DNA of 64,000 nucleotides from a virus. Lineage: Duplodnaviria; Caudoviricetes. The position numbers were made by a program, and so were the translations under genes. This document shows positions 17,065 through 26,178 of this stretch, piece after piece (position 1 is the first letter of the stretch; the number at the start of each line of letters is the position of its first letter). The DNA is taken from the IMG/VR virus record IMGVR_UViG_2885360797_000005; one strand, given 5' to 3'. Under the pieces are notes generated by a model that was not told the DNA's origin, did not search any database, and saw only the letters and a list, made by a program, of their open reading frames with translations.

Positions 17065-19742
17065 ACAAAGATGTAAAATACAATGGCTACTCCGCACAGC
17101 CGTCCGACTATGAATGTCAGGACGGCGACCTTGCCGTAGCCATAAATCTTGTGCCGGAAGATGGTGCGCTTAAACCAGTCCTGCCTCCGAAAGTCGGGGG
17201 GCAGGCTTCGGACACAATCGGCAACTGCGTTTATATCCACAAGAATTCGGGCTACACACATTACATTGTCCGCAACGGCAATTCGTTCAGTTGGTACGAT
17301 AAGTCAGCACCCGACACGCTGACAACAATCGGCTCGATCTCAAAATACATCAAGGTCACATCGGTAGGCAACACGCTCATATTCCTTACTGATGACGGTA
17401 TGCAATACTACCTTTGGAAAGGAGGCACCACCGGGTATCTCTATCTGGGCAACAAGATTCCCGAATGCCCTATCTCGTTTGGATTGCAGGGGAAGATGGT
17501 GCGTACCGATGAGTTCTCAATATCCTTTGATTCCATCAAAGAGGGCGACATTTGGAACGAGTTTACCGACAACAACAAGACACGCATAACCGACCAAGTG
17601 TTGGCGCACATCAATAAGTTCATCGCTGACGAGTCAACCAACAAGGGAAAGTTCATATTCCCTTTCTTCGTCCGCTATGCCTATCGTCTGTATGACGGCT
17701 CTCTCACAATGCACTCTTCTCCGGTTCTCATGATTGCTTCCTCCGACCTCGCTCCGCAGGTCTTTTGGTCGCACATTACTGGTAAGGGTAAATACACCGA
17801 TGCGCAACTCCGTGTCTGCGCTATGGTGCATACGCTTGACTACGCCGTCATTCTCCAGTCACGGCTTGATATGCTCAACAACTGGAAAGATATTGTCCGC
17901 TCGGTCGATGTCTTTATCTCCAAGCCCATATACACCTACGACCAAAACGGCAAGTGTACCAAATTCGCCAACTCCGAGGGCTATAACTCCTATTGCGTCT
18001 GCAAGCATACCAATCAGGCCGTATCTACCTCCACATATCCGTTACGCTATCAGCGTCACACATTCAACAAACTCTACGCTTTCACATTCGACCCGACCAA
18101 CCTCACATATCCGATGGGCCGCTTGATGATTCCGCGCCGTAGTGTCGATGCGGTCAAAGAGGATATTCGCTCCACCGCGCAGTTCTACCTGCTTGAGAGT
18201 ATCAAGGTAGAGCAGCTTACGACCACGCGCACGGCACTCAATGTAGAGGAAGATTATCTTCAGTCGTTGGTGACACGCGAGGTAATGACGGATGACTACG
18301 ACAGCCACGATACTCTGATTCCGCGCTATTGCTTCACCTACAACTCACGCCTTAACCTCAGCAACATATCGAAGCGTCTGTATGCGGAATACAATGCCGG
18401 GGCATTGATGACACACACCGATGGATATATCGGCAACTGGACAGATACGCCATCGGACTTTTTCGACAACACCGCAGGCGTGAGCGTTTACTTCTTCATC
18501 AAGCAGGACGGCAAGGATATTGTTGTGCAGGGTGAAAGTTGTGCCATGTCCCGTTATAAGGCCCCGTTCCTGTACCTCTACTATCCGAATGTGAACGCAT
18601 ATAAGGCGGTGATTGTGTCATGGTACGGTGTGCCCATGTACTATGAGGTTCAACTGGAGCAACACGGATTCCTCAACGGCTCGTTCTATTTCGCAGGTTG
18701 GGAGAATCCGAGTATGAACGGCAATATGCCCTCGGCAAGTTCCAACGCCGACCGCACGATAGAAATCCCTAATAAGATTTACACGTCCGAGGTCAACAAT
18801 CCTTTTGTGTTTCCGCTTCTCGGCATCAACACAGTCGGTACTGGGGAAATAAAGGGCATCTGCTCGGCGGCAAAGGCTCTCTCCGAGGGTCAGTTCGGAC
18901 AGTTCCCCCTCTATGCTTTCACGTCCGAGGGAGTTTGGGCGTTGGAAGTGTCGGCGACTGGCACATATACGGCGCGTCAGCCTATCACGCGCGATGTCTG
19001 CATCAACGCTGATGGAATAACTCAACTGGATAATGCGGTGCTGTTCCCCACGGATCGAGGCATAATGTTGATTTCGGGTTCGCAGACACAATGTATTTCA
19101 GAAAGCATAAATTCTGAGTATCCGTTTAATGCCCTTGACCTGCCCGGCTTTGACAAACTGCACGATATGTTGGGGCATGACCCGGTTACCGACAAGTGCC
19201 TGCCGACACTACCGTTTACGGAGTTCCTTAAGCAATGCCGAATGATTTACGATTATGTGCATCAGCGCGTCATCGTCTATGCTCCGAATATAACCTATGC
19301 CTATGTGTTCTCGTTGAAGTCTAAACTATGGGGCATGACGTTCTCAAACATCGCCTCACACCTCAACTCCTACCCGGAGGCTCTTGCCGTTGACAAGGAG
19401 AATAACATAGTGAACTTTTCGGAATCGGACGAAACGCAGGTCAAATGTCTGTACGTTACACGTCCGCTCAACCTTGATACCGTCAATATCCACAAGACCA
19501 TTGACAGCATCATTCAGCGCGGATTCTTCCGAAAGGGCAATGTGGCAACCGCACTCTACGGCTCACGCGATTTAGTCAACTGGTATCTGATATGGTCAAG
19601 CAAAGACCACTACCTGCGCGGCTTCCGTGGCACGCCCTACAAGTATTTCCGCATTGCAGGTGTCGCCACGCTCGATGCTGATGAAAGTATCTATGGCGCG
19701 TCTGTGCAGTTCACTCCGCGCCTCACCAATCAACCGAGATAA
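17061..19742 (+). CDS. Putative tail stabilisation/nozzle protein (beta-propeller type)
   Basis: 893 aa, beta-rich. DGDLAVAINLVPEDG.LKP start; IYTSEVNNPFVF, GQFGQFPLYAFTSEGVWAL and VLFPTDRGIM are typical of podovirus stabilisation proteins. Lies under the late-promoter motif. Confidence 0.65.
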   Translation: MNKDVKYNGYSAQPSDYECQDGDLAVAINLVPEDGALKPVLPPKVGGQASDTIGNCVYIHKNSGYTHYIVRNGNSFSWYDKSAPDTLTTIGSISKYIKVTSVGNTLIFLTDDGMQYYLWKGGTTGYLYLGNKIPECPISFGLQGKMVRTDEFSISFDSIKEGDIWNEFTDNNKTRITDQVLAHINKFIADESTNKGKFIFPFFVRYAYRLYDGSLTMHSSPVLMIASSDLAPQVFWSHITGKGKYTDAQLRVCAMVHTLDYAVILQSRLDMLNNWKDIVRSVDVFISKPIYTYDQNGKCTKFANSEGYNSYCVCKHTNQAVSTSTYPLRYQRHTFNKLYAFTFDPTNLTYPMGRLMIPRRSVDAVKEDIRSTAQFYLLESIKVEQLTTTRTALNVEEDYLQSLVTREVMTDDYDSHDTLIPRYCFTYNSRLNLSNISKRLYAEYNAGALMTHTDGYIGNWTDTPSDFFDNTAGVSVYFFIKQDGKDIVVQGESCAMSRYKAPFLYLYYPNVNAYKAVIVSWYGVPMYYEVQLEQHGFLNGSFYFAGWENPSMNGNMPSASSNADRTIEIPNKIYTSEVNNPFVFPLLGINTVGTGEIKGICSAAKALSEGQFGQFPLYAFTSEGVWALEVSATGTYTARQPITRDVCINADGITQLDNAVLFPTDRGIMLISGSQTQCISESINSEYPFNALDLPGFDKLHDMLGHDPVTDKCLPTLPFTEFLKQCRMIYDYVHQRVIVYAPNITYAYVFSLKSKLWGMTFSNIASHLNSYPEALAVDKENNIVNFSESDETQVKCLYVTRPLNLDTVNIHKTIDSIIQRGFFRKGNVATALYGSRDLVNWYLIWSSKDHYLRGFRGTPYKYFRIAGVATLDADESIYGASVQFTPRLTNQPR

Positions 19743-19776
19743 CTCATGTACTAATTCAATATCTATTGTAAGACGA

Positions 19777-19811
19777 GAAAGGCCGCCATGCGTGATGCAC
19801 AGCGGCCTTTC
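19777..19811. terminator. Hairpin between convergent operons
   Basis: gaaaggccgc (19777-19786) and gcggcctttc (19802-19811). Confidence 0.7.
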
Positions 19812-19828
19812 GCTTTGATATGGCAACA

Positions 19829-20353
19829 TTAAAAAGGGTGCATACGTCTGCGTGCCTTTGCTATCCTGTTGTGCAGGTTTATCCGTATCTCGCTCTCCGC
19901 GTCCTCGGCTTTGGCTTCCCATACCTGCGCCTTTGCGGTGTTGGTAATAGTCAGCCAGTCGGCCACAGCCTTGCAGACAAGGTATTCGTGGATGAGGTTC
20001 TCAAGCAGGTAGAGTGTGGTCTGCGAGAAGTCGAGCGGTACGCTCAACACTATCCCATAGACAGGCGGCTCACGCAGGTTGTCGTTCAGTTCCGTGCGGT
20101 GCAGGTCGTTCTTGGTGTAGGGATAAAGGAGTTCCCTGCATTTGCACACGGTCAGATTCAGCACTCGCGTCACACGGTCCACGTTTCCGTCCTCGCCCAC
20201 ATCCTGCACCATGTGGCGGTTGTGGTTGCTTTCCGTGTCCATGACGCTACCCTCTATAAAGGCATAGTTCTTTATGTCATACAGCAGTTGGTCGCGCTTG
20301 AACCCTAACACGGCGTTGAGCCTGCCGTCCTTTTCTTCCAAAAAGCAACTCAT
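19829..20353 (-). CDS. Putative neck/tail ring protein, paralogue 3
   Basis: Shares LLYDI.N, L..P..F and H.YL...A.ADW...TN with its neighbours. Confidence 0.65.
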   Translation of the reverse strand: MSCFLEEKDGRLNAVLGFKRDQLLYDIKNYAFIEGSVMDTESNHNRHMVQDVGEDGNVDRVTRVLNLTVCKCRELLYPYTKNDLHRTELNDNLREPPVYGIVLSVPLDFSQTTLYLLENLIHEYLVCKAVADWLTITNTAKAQVWEAKAEDAESEIRINLHNRIAKARRRMHPF

Positions 20354-20364
20354 GGAACCTGGGA

Positions 20365-20874
20365 TTAGTTGGTGGGACGTGCCGGGCGGCTACGCTTGCT
20401 CACGGTCTGACGGATTAACTCCATGTTCTTGTTTGCAAGGGCGTAGTATTGCTCCGCGTCTGCCTTGTTGGTAACCATGTACCAGTCGGCGATAGCGGTG
20501 TTGGCGAGATATGCGTGGACGGCTTCGCCTACGCCGGTTGTCGCGGCTTCGTTGAAGTTGCTCGGCATGGTGAGATTCAGCACAAGGTCATGGCTTCCGT
20601 CATAGTGACTGTTGTCGGTCGTTGTGCCGTTCTCGTTGAGATACTCGCCCAGTTCGGTCTGAACCTCCGCAAAGGCTCTCTTGACTGAGCGGAGTATCTT
20701 CTCGCGGTTTTCCTCGTCCTCCGAGGCGAACATACTTGCAACCTCTTTGTGGTTGTCTTTGTTCTGAATGGTACGTCCGCGCAGGAACGTTTCATTCATG
20801 ATGTCATAAAGCAGCCACGAGATTTTGATTGTGGCTGTGACTGGTTTCTTTGCGCCTAAAGTGGGGTTTGGCAT
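20365..20874 (-). CDS. Putative neck/tail ring protein, paralogue 2
   Basis: LLYDIMN...LTMPSNF...HAYLANTAIADWYMVTN. Confidence 0.65.
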   Translation of the reverse strand: MPNPTLGAKKPVTATIKISWLLYDIMNETFLRGRTIQNKDNHKEVASMFASEDEENREKILRSVKRAFAEVQTELGEYLNENGTTTDNSHYDGSHDLVLNLTMPSNFNEAATTGVGEAVHAYLANTAIADWYMVTNKADAEQYYALANKNMELIRQTVSKRSRPARPTN

Positions 20875-20897
20875 AGTTCGTAGTTATTAAATGTTGA

Positions 20898-21461
20898 TTA
20901 GTCGGTGGGGCGTGTCGGCTTTCGGCGGCTGTAGAGTAACCTCTCGGCGGTTTCCATCATGTCGGCCGCCTGCGTGAAGTAGTCCTTTGCCTCGCCTTTG
21001 TTTGCGAATTTGAACCATTGCCCGATGATCGAGGCAATGAAGAAACTGCGCAGGGTTGACTGGACGCTTGCGGTCAGCACCTTGTCAAACGACTTGCTGA
21101 CCTCTATGACGGCTTCGTAACCGGTCCTGCCTAATGTTACCGGGGGGAGAACTGGGGGTAAAGCATTTGCGTTTTCAGACTGCGTTGATATGACCGGTGG
21201 TGTGGGTGTCGGGTCAATTATAGCAATGGTGCTGATGAGTTTTGTCCTACCCGACACCAGCATTTCCTTTAGGTTCTCGTTGGTGGCGGACACAGACTCT
21301 TCCCAAAACCTGCTCAATTCCGCGAGGTCATCATCGGCCGCAAGGATGCGGTCGCGTGCGCCCTCGTCGCCGTCTATCAGTTTAGACCCTGTGTAGTCGG
21401 TCGCCTTGGCCACCTCTTCGTATACATCGTCTTGAAATATCTGTATGGTGATTGTTTCCAT
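20898..21461 (-). CDS. Putative neck/tail ring protein, paralogue 1
   Basis: Same C-terminal pattern (SF...RSFFIASIIGQWFKFAN...R.P.RPT), with a Pro-rich insert. Confidence 0.6.
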   Translation of the reverse strand: METITIQIFQDDVYEEVAKATDYTGSKLIDGDEGARDRILAADDDLAELSRFWEESVSATNENLKEMLVSGRTKLISTIAIIDPTPTPPVISTQSENANALPPVLPPVTLGRTGYEAVIEVSKSFDKVLTASVQSTLRSFFIASIIGQWFKFANKGEAKDYFTQAADMMETAERLLYSRRKPTRPTD

Positions 21462-22045
21462 TATAAATCAATGATTGAATAGGTCAGACTGATTCCGATG
21501 AACGGCTCAAAGCCGTGTGGCGTATAGCCGAAGCCGACTGTCGGCCCTATGTGCCACCGCTTGGGAGGCTTCTTTATAGTCACTATCTCGCGCCGGGGAT
21601 ATACGAACAGGCTGTCAAGGCTCGGATAAACACCGCTGACGTATGCCTTGTAGTCCTCTCCCTCATAGACGTTCTGCGTGATTGGCAGCTGTAATGTCAG
21701 GCTGTCGGGTGTTGTCACTTCAACGTCTGCGCTTGTCAGTTCGGCGGTGTCCGCTCTGATGTCGGGCAGGTTCTCAATCCCTCGGTCAATGTATGACGTG
21801 GGGATTGTAACCTTTTTAGAGCCTACCTGCTGTGAGTGGACAGGCGCAGGCTCGATGTAGGGAATGGTGTCATATATCGTGATGGTGTCGGTTTCGATTG
21901 CCTCTCGGCCTGGGATGTTGTCGCCGGGCGGTGACTGGCACTTGTGGAGATACGCGCCTGCCGCCATGCAAGCGACAATTACAAGCACTATGGCAAGGAT
22001 GTCCTTGACCTTGCGAATTATTTTGCGTGGTGTGTCGCTTCTCAT
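21461..22045 (-). CDS. Putative spanin-like membrane protein of the lysis cassette
   Basis: ATG 22045 is coupled to the amidase stop. N-terminal TM, DTITIYDTI, C-terminal beta strands WHIGPTVGFG...FIGISLTY. Confidence 0.6.
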   Translation of the reverse strand: MRSDTPRKIIRKVKDILAIVLVIVACMAAGAYLHKCQSPPGDNIPGREAIETDTITIYDTIPYIEPAPVHSQQVGSKKVTIPTSYIDRGIENLPDIRADTAELTSADVEVTTPDSLTLQLPITQNVYEGEDYKAYVSGVYPSLDSLFVYPRREIVTIKKPPKRWHIGPTVGFGYTPHGFEPFIGISLTYSIIDL

Positions 22046-22713
22046 TTCTTGTGGTTTTTGATGTAGTTGATGATTCCGTTGGCATGGAGTTCCACGATTG
22101 CCTTTGTCCCCTCTTCCGAGAGCAGGAAGTCGCAGTCTGCCTTGTTGTCTTGGAAGAGCGATTCGGTCAGCACAGCCGGGCATTTGGTGTGGACGAGGAT
22201 GTAGAACCGCGCCTCATAGTCTGGGTCACCGTCACTCCAGTCTGCCCTCATGGGCTTCTGTCTGCTGTCGTATGCGCCCTGCGCCTGCAAGAATGGGAAA
22301 CGCTCTTTGTAGTCTTTCAGCCCCTCGTCAGCGGCTTTCCAAATCTCGGTGGCGAGGTCGTCAGCCTTAGTCCTGCCCGGCGAGGTATAGACACACCAAC
22401 CGCCTGCGCTCTTCCACTTGCCGTCCGCGCCTGCGGCGTTGCAGTGGATGGAAACGAGCAGAACATTCTCCTTGCCGTATTTGTCGCAGTAGGCATTGGC
22501 TCTGCGGCACCTTTCGGGCAGGCTTATGTCTTTATCCTCCTCAACGAGCAGATGCGCCTCTATCGGTGTTTTGGCATTGACCATGCGGCTGTTCAATGTC
22601 TTTACCAATCGGCGTGCTATCTCGCGGCTCTTGAGATACTCTTTGAGTTTTCTGTCGGGGCTACACTTGCCGGGGGTGTCGCTCCCGTGTCCATTGTCAA
22701 TAAGAACTATCAT
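22042..22713 (-). CDS. Endolysin, N-acetylmuramoyl-L-alanine amidase (Amidase_3)
   Basis: IDNGHG, E, LVSIHCNA, PAVLTE zinc and catalytic motifs. Confidence 0.92.
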   Translation of the reverse strand: MIVLIDNGHGSDTPGKCSPDRKLKEYLKSREIARRLVKTLNSRMVNAKTPIEAHLLVEEDKDISLPERCRRANAYCDKYGKENVLLVSIHCNAAGADGKWKSAGGWCVYTSPGRTKADDLATEIWKAADEGLKDYKERFPFLQAQGAYDSRQKPMRADWSDGDPDYEARFYILVHTKCPAVLTESLFQDNKADCDFLLSEEGTKAIVELHANGIINYIKNHKK

Positions 22714-22719
22714 ATCTAA

Positions 22720-23169
22720 TTAGTGATGAGGTGATACTTCGCTTTTGGTAGAGATTACACCGATAATCTTTTCTGCATCTTTTTTTGATGTTGCTGCGAT
22801 GATGCCATCTATAATTTCGGGCAAATCAATAAGATGGCTTTTCCTGCGTTTGGCGTGTTCAAACATACTGATTATCTCTACGACAATCAGGCCCATGCCG
22901 AAAAGCAATGCCATGAACGGCAGGAAATAAAAACTGAACAGGAAGCCGAGGCAGTCTGCCAAAAAGCCTATCAGCAAAAATCGCCAGTACTCGCTTACTT
23001 TGGCGATGGTTACTCGCAACTTATGGGAGTGAACCCGTTGCCCAGTTCGTTTCGCTGTGTATACTCCGTCCCATAGGTCAAGCATTATGGCCATGATTAC
23101 CAAGAGCGACACGGCGAAAAACACCCCGATGAAGAAGTATCCTTTCTCTAATGATAAGATTGATTCCAT
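22720..23169 (-). CDS. Holin
   Basis: Three TM helices, DLWDGV..AK, EIISMFEH; directly upstream of the endolysin. Confidence 0.8.
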   Translation of the reverse strand: MESILSLEKGYFFIGVFFAVSLLVIMAIMLDLWDGVYTAKRTGQRVHSHKLRVTIAKVSEYWRFLLIGFLADCLGFLFSFYFLPFMALLFGMGLIVVEIISMFEHAKRRKSHLIDLPEIIDGIIAATSKKDAEKIIGVISTKSEVSPHH

Positions 23170-23194
23170 GATGATTTATCGTTTTGGTTCGGCG

Positions 23195-23241
23195 CAAAGT
23201 TACCCATATACTATCCCTGCCACGCTTTAACTTTTGTGACG
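23195..23241 (-). promoter_or_regulatory. Putative late promoter, copy 2 (lysis and ring operon)
   Basis: Minus strand CGTCACAAAAGTTAAA, 23 bp, TAACTTTG. Confidence 0.7.
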
Positions 23242-23251
23242 CGACACAAGG

Positions 23252-23277
23252 ACGGCGCAAGATTGCTCCTGCGCCGT
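23252..23277 (-). terminator. Hairpin after the 161-aa membrane gene
   Basis: acggcgca (23252-23259) and tgcgccgt (23270-23277). Confidence 0.45.
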
Positions 23278-23285
23278 GTCTGCTT

Positions 23286-23771
23286 TTAACGATATGAGAG
23301 TATCAGAATCAGTGATGCGTATAGGTTGTATAGTAGTCCGGCTTCAAGCCAAAAGACAAAGTGCCTGCGGTCTGTTGCCAGGCCGATGAGCGTTGCCGTG
23401 AGTGCTATGTATGGCACTCCGCTTGTCAGTATGAGCCATGCCAGTGCTGACAGCCCCAGTATTATGGCGGCTCCGCTGTGGACGTGGTTCGTCAGTTCCT
23501 CGCGGAAAGCAGGAGCAGCCGCCACAAATAAGATAGAGGCGACTATGAAGAATGCCACGAACTGATAATTGTCGGGCGTGACATTGAGCAGAGGCACAAG
23601 GGCGAGTGTTCCGGCGGTCGCCGTGCAGGTCGGGAAGAGCCACTTTTTCTGCGTCTTGTAGTAGGTTTCGCTGATAGATGTCGGCACTCCTACGTTCAGA
23701 AGGTACGCTATGAGATACAGCGTCATGATGGTGCATGACATCGTCACGCATATAAGTTCCGCTATCATCAT
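23286..23771 (-). CDS. Multi-pass membrane protein
   Basis: About five hydrophobic helices; GVPTSISETYY and H..AA motifs. Confidence 0.7.
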   Translation of the reverse strand: MMIAELICVTMSCTIMTLYLIAYLLNVGVPTSISETYYKTQKKWLFPTCTATAGTLALVPLLNVTPDNYQFVAFFIVASILFVAAAPAFREELTNHVHSGAAIILGLSALAWLILTSGVPYIALTATLIGLATDRRHFVFWLEAGLLYNLYASLILILSYR

Positions 23772-24268
23772 AGTGCGTTCTCGAATTTAGTCCAGTCAAT
23801 AGCGGCTTTCTCCTGCCACGATTTATTGTAGCACTCCTGCGAGAACATCATGAGAGCGTCCGTGAAACTCTCAAATTCCTCGGCATCGGCGAAATAATGG
23901 AAAGCAGGAGAGCCGTCAGGGTAATCTCCCAGTTTGAATTTGAGGGGGAACATGGCGGCTCCCAGTCGCGGTATCTTGACCGACAGCCCGGTTATGTTGC
24001 GCTCTGCTTCCTCATCGTAGCGGACAGGCACGCCTTCCCACTGGAAGCCGTTGCGCTTACGCTCGTCAGCGTCTGCCGAGAGTTGCGCGTTGATGACTGC
24101 CTTTATCTCGTCAAGGGTCGGTCGGCGGTTGAATGTATGGCGATACTCGTATGTGCTTCCCTCTGCCGTTGTATAAAGACCGAAGAAAAGCACCCATGTG
24201 TTGCGCCCTGTTCGTTGCAGGCTGTCCTGCCTTACGGTTGTGCCAAATATCTTTTCCATATCGTTATA
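23768..24268 (-). CDS. DUF4376-like, tail-fibre-assembly-like protein
   Basis: RPTLDEIKAVINAQL...GFQWEG.PV...FPLKFKLG...W.EK..IDW. The start is probably an ATG downstream of the promoter at 24281-24288. Confidence 0.6.
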   Translation of the reverse strand, partial: YNDMEKIFGTTVRQDSLQRTGRNTWVLFFGLYTTAEGSTYEYRHTFNRRPTLDEIKAVINAQLSADADERKRNGFQWEGVPVRYDEEAERNITGLSVKIPRLGAAMFPLKFKLGDYPDGSPAFHYFADAEEFESFTDALMMFSQECYNKSWQEKAAIDWTKFENAL

Positions 24269-24280
24269 TGATTTTTGGCA

Positions 24281-24327
24281 CAAAGATAAGGACCTGCGCT
24301 TTGCAGACCCTTTTAAGTTTAGTGACG
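24281..24327 (-). promoter_or_regulatory. Putative late promoter, copy 3
   Basis: Minus strand CGTCACTAAACTTAAA, 23 bp, TATCTTTG. Confidence 0.7.
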
Positions 24328-24352
24328 TGTCACGCTTTGGGGTGTGATGGTA

Positions 24353-24601
24353 TTAGGTGAACGAGAATTTCTGCTTGTTGCCGTCAAAGATTTCGCTCAC
24401 GATGGTTGTTTCAAACGGGAACCCATCCTCAATGTCCGAGATTTGGTCAAGGATGTTCTTCATCTCTTCGCTTGCGGTGAAGAATTTGCCCCACTCGCCG
24501 GTCGCCTTGACCTTGAACGATACGAGATAGCGGCTGTTGCCGTATGAGGTGTCCATCTCTACCTCATAATCGTGTATCTCTAACTCTTTGTTTTGGATTA
24601 C
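24353..24601 (-). CDS. RT-associated C-terminal module, out of frame with the RT
   Basis: The -1 frame reads VIQNKELEIHDYEVEMDTSYGNSRYLVSF...KFSFT and overlaps the RT stop. Confidence 0.55.
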   Translation of the reverse strand, partial: VIQNKELEIHDYEVEMDTSYGNSRYLVSFKVKATGEWGKFFTASEEMKNILDQISDIEDGFPFETTIVSEIFDGNKQKFSFT

Positions 24602-25920
24602 GGCATGACTTTGCCGGGAAAGCGGTTCTTCCCATCGGCAGGAGTGTATGTCACTCCCATTTCTGAAAACTTTTTCATACGTTTACCAGTGATTAAGTGA
24701 AATATATACTTACAGTCGGCATGGCACGCCATACCCTTGAATGAGCCTATGATTTCCTGTCTGCGTTTCCGCGATTTCACCTTTGCCAGTTTACGGGCCG
24801 CGTTCTGCTTCGTGCGCCTGCGTATCCGGGCATAGTCGCCGAAATTCACATAACCAAGTGCGTCCATCCCTGCTGTTATGGGCGCAATCCTTTCGCTCGG
24901 CTTTATTGTCAGTCCGAGTTTTGAACTCTCTTCATGTAAGCACTCCCTTAATCTCCATAACTCTCTTTTACTTTCTGCCAGTATAAACGTATCGTCACAA
25001 AATCTGAAATAGTAAGTCGCTCCGTGTTTCTCGATCATGGCGTGGTCGAGGTCGTTCAGATAGAGATTGCCGAAAAACTGCGATGAACGTAAGCCCTTGC
25101 TGATACCTATGTCCCCATCGGGGTGCAGGGCTTTTACGAAATTCCGCAACATCGGTAATAGTATCGGGTCGGATATGTATCGCTCTATAATAGCAATCAT
25201 ATCGTCATGAACTATGTGGTCGTAATATCCTTTGTAGTCCGACTGGTAATAATACTTCAGATTCGGGTTAGCCTCTATCGCGGCTTGTATCTCATGGAAC
25301 AATCCGTGTGGGCCTCGTCCCTTTATGGAAGCGGCCGTGCTTTCAATCAGTACTGGAGCAAGCCGGGTTTCTATGACTTCCATAATGCTGTTGCTCCCCA
25401 TGCGCTCTACGACAATGGGTGCTTGTACTGTCCTTATCTTCGGGCCGTCCTGCGTATCAAAGGATGTCAGTTTGGTTATACGGAATTCTCCACTGCTTAT
25501 AGAGTGTTTAAGCTGCTCTATAATCTCTTTCTTCTTACGCACATATCGCGCCTGCCTCTTGGTGTATTCTTTGCCGTCAATGACAACGGTATCCTTTTTC
25601 TCGCTGTCCGATGCCGACTGGCGCAGGTTGCTTATTACGCGATTGAACGATGATATTAGATTGGCTTCCGTGATTATCTCCGGGATAAGATTGCATAAAG
25701 GATAGTTGACCGAGGGGCAATCCTCGGTCAACTCCATGAATGTTGCTATGTCTGTGACCGCCTTCCGGTCCTGTGGAGAGAGGCATTGCCCCTCTCCACT
25801 GTTGGTTATAATGTTCTTCCGGCTTTCCATATTCTTATGCTGTTGCCGAGGCGCAAACCCCTCGGAGAGTGCTGTGCCTGTCGCGCAGGCGTGCAGGGTC
25901 ATCCGATTGTGTTTAACCAT
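24598..25920 (-). CDS. DGR reverse transcriptase
   Basis: K.R motif (GPKIRTV), ASIKGRG.H, SDYKGYYDHI.H, GISKGLRSSQ (DGR-type GxxxSQ), FRFCDD catalytic motif, DALGY; adjacent to TR. The true start may be 25830 or later. Confidence 0.95.
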   Translation of the reverse strand: MVKHNRMTLHACATGTALSEGFAPRQQHKNMESRKNIITNSGEGQCLSPQDRKAVTDIATFMELTEDCPSVNYPLCNLIPEIITEANLISSFNRVISNLRQSASDSEKKDTVVIDGKEYTKRQARYVRKKKEIIEQLKHSISSGEFRITKLTSFDTQDGPKIRTVQAPIVVERMGSNSIMEVIETRLAPVLIESTAASIKGRGPHGLFHEIQAAIEANPNLKYYYQSDYKGYYDHIVHDDMIAIIERYISDPILLPMLRNFVKALHPDGDIGISKGLRSSQFFGNLYLNDLDHAMIEKHGATYYFRFCDDTFILAESKRELWRLRECLHEESSKLGLTIKPSERIAPITAGMDALGYVNFGDYARIRRRTKQNAARKLAKVKSRKRRQEIIGSFKGMACHADCKYIFHLITGKRMKKFSEMGVTYTPADGKNRFPGKVMP

Positions 25921-25923
25921 TCA

Positions 25924-26039
25924 GAATTTGAGCCGACCACCGTAGTTCGTGTTCGAGTTCGAAGAAGCGTTGTTCGCGTTCGCATAAGCGAGGCCGCCAT
26001 TCGCATTCGAGTTGTTGCCCGACCGCAAAACCACACGGC
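25924..26039 (-). repeat. DGR template repeat (TR)
   Basis: 116-bp repeat of 26206-26321. Contains 10 AAY codons and 26 adenines on the minus strand; all 14 differences are at TR adenines. Confidence 0.97.
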
Positions 26040-26066
26040 GCGCGGGGTTATCTGCCTTTCAAGGTG

Positions 26067-26074
26067 CAAAGTTA
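26067..26074 (-). promoter_or_regulatory. -7 promoter box for the TR-RT transcript
   Basis: TAACTTTG, 27 bp upstream of TR; lacks the late-promoter upstream motif. Confidence 0.6.
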
Positions 26075-26105
26075 CAAAATTTTCGCCTAACTCGACTCGC
26101 TTACG

Positions 26106-26163
26106 CGAGAAAAGGAGAGGGAGCAACCTCCCGTTGGTCGGTTCTCCCTCTGCGCTTTTTTCG
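26106..26163. other. Hairpin/cruciform downstream of VR (DGR homing element and/or terminator)
   Basis: agagggag(c)aacc pairs with ggttctccctct, and the outer cgagaaaag with cttttttcg; lies just past the target stop codon. Confidence 0.7.
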
Positions 26164-26178
26164 TGGGGACGAGTTCCG

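Noticed and set aside
22046-22183. N-terminal extension of the 240-aa ORF in the track
   Set aside because: Overlaps the amidase in another frame; ATG 22045, coupled to the amidase stop, is the better start.
24598-25920. RT as a group II intron, retron or Abi RT
   Set aside because: No intron domain V/VI or msr-msd is evident, while an adjacent TR/VR and the GxxxSQ motif are present.
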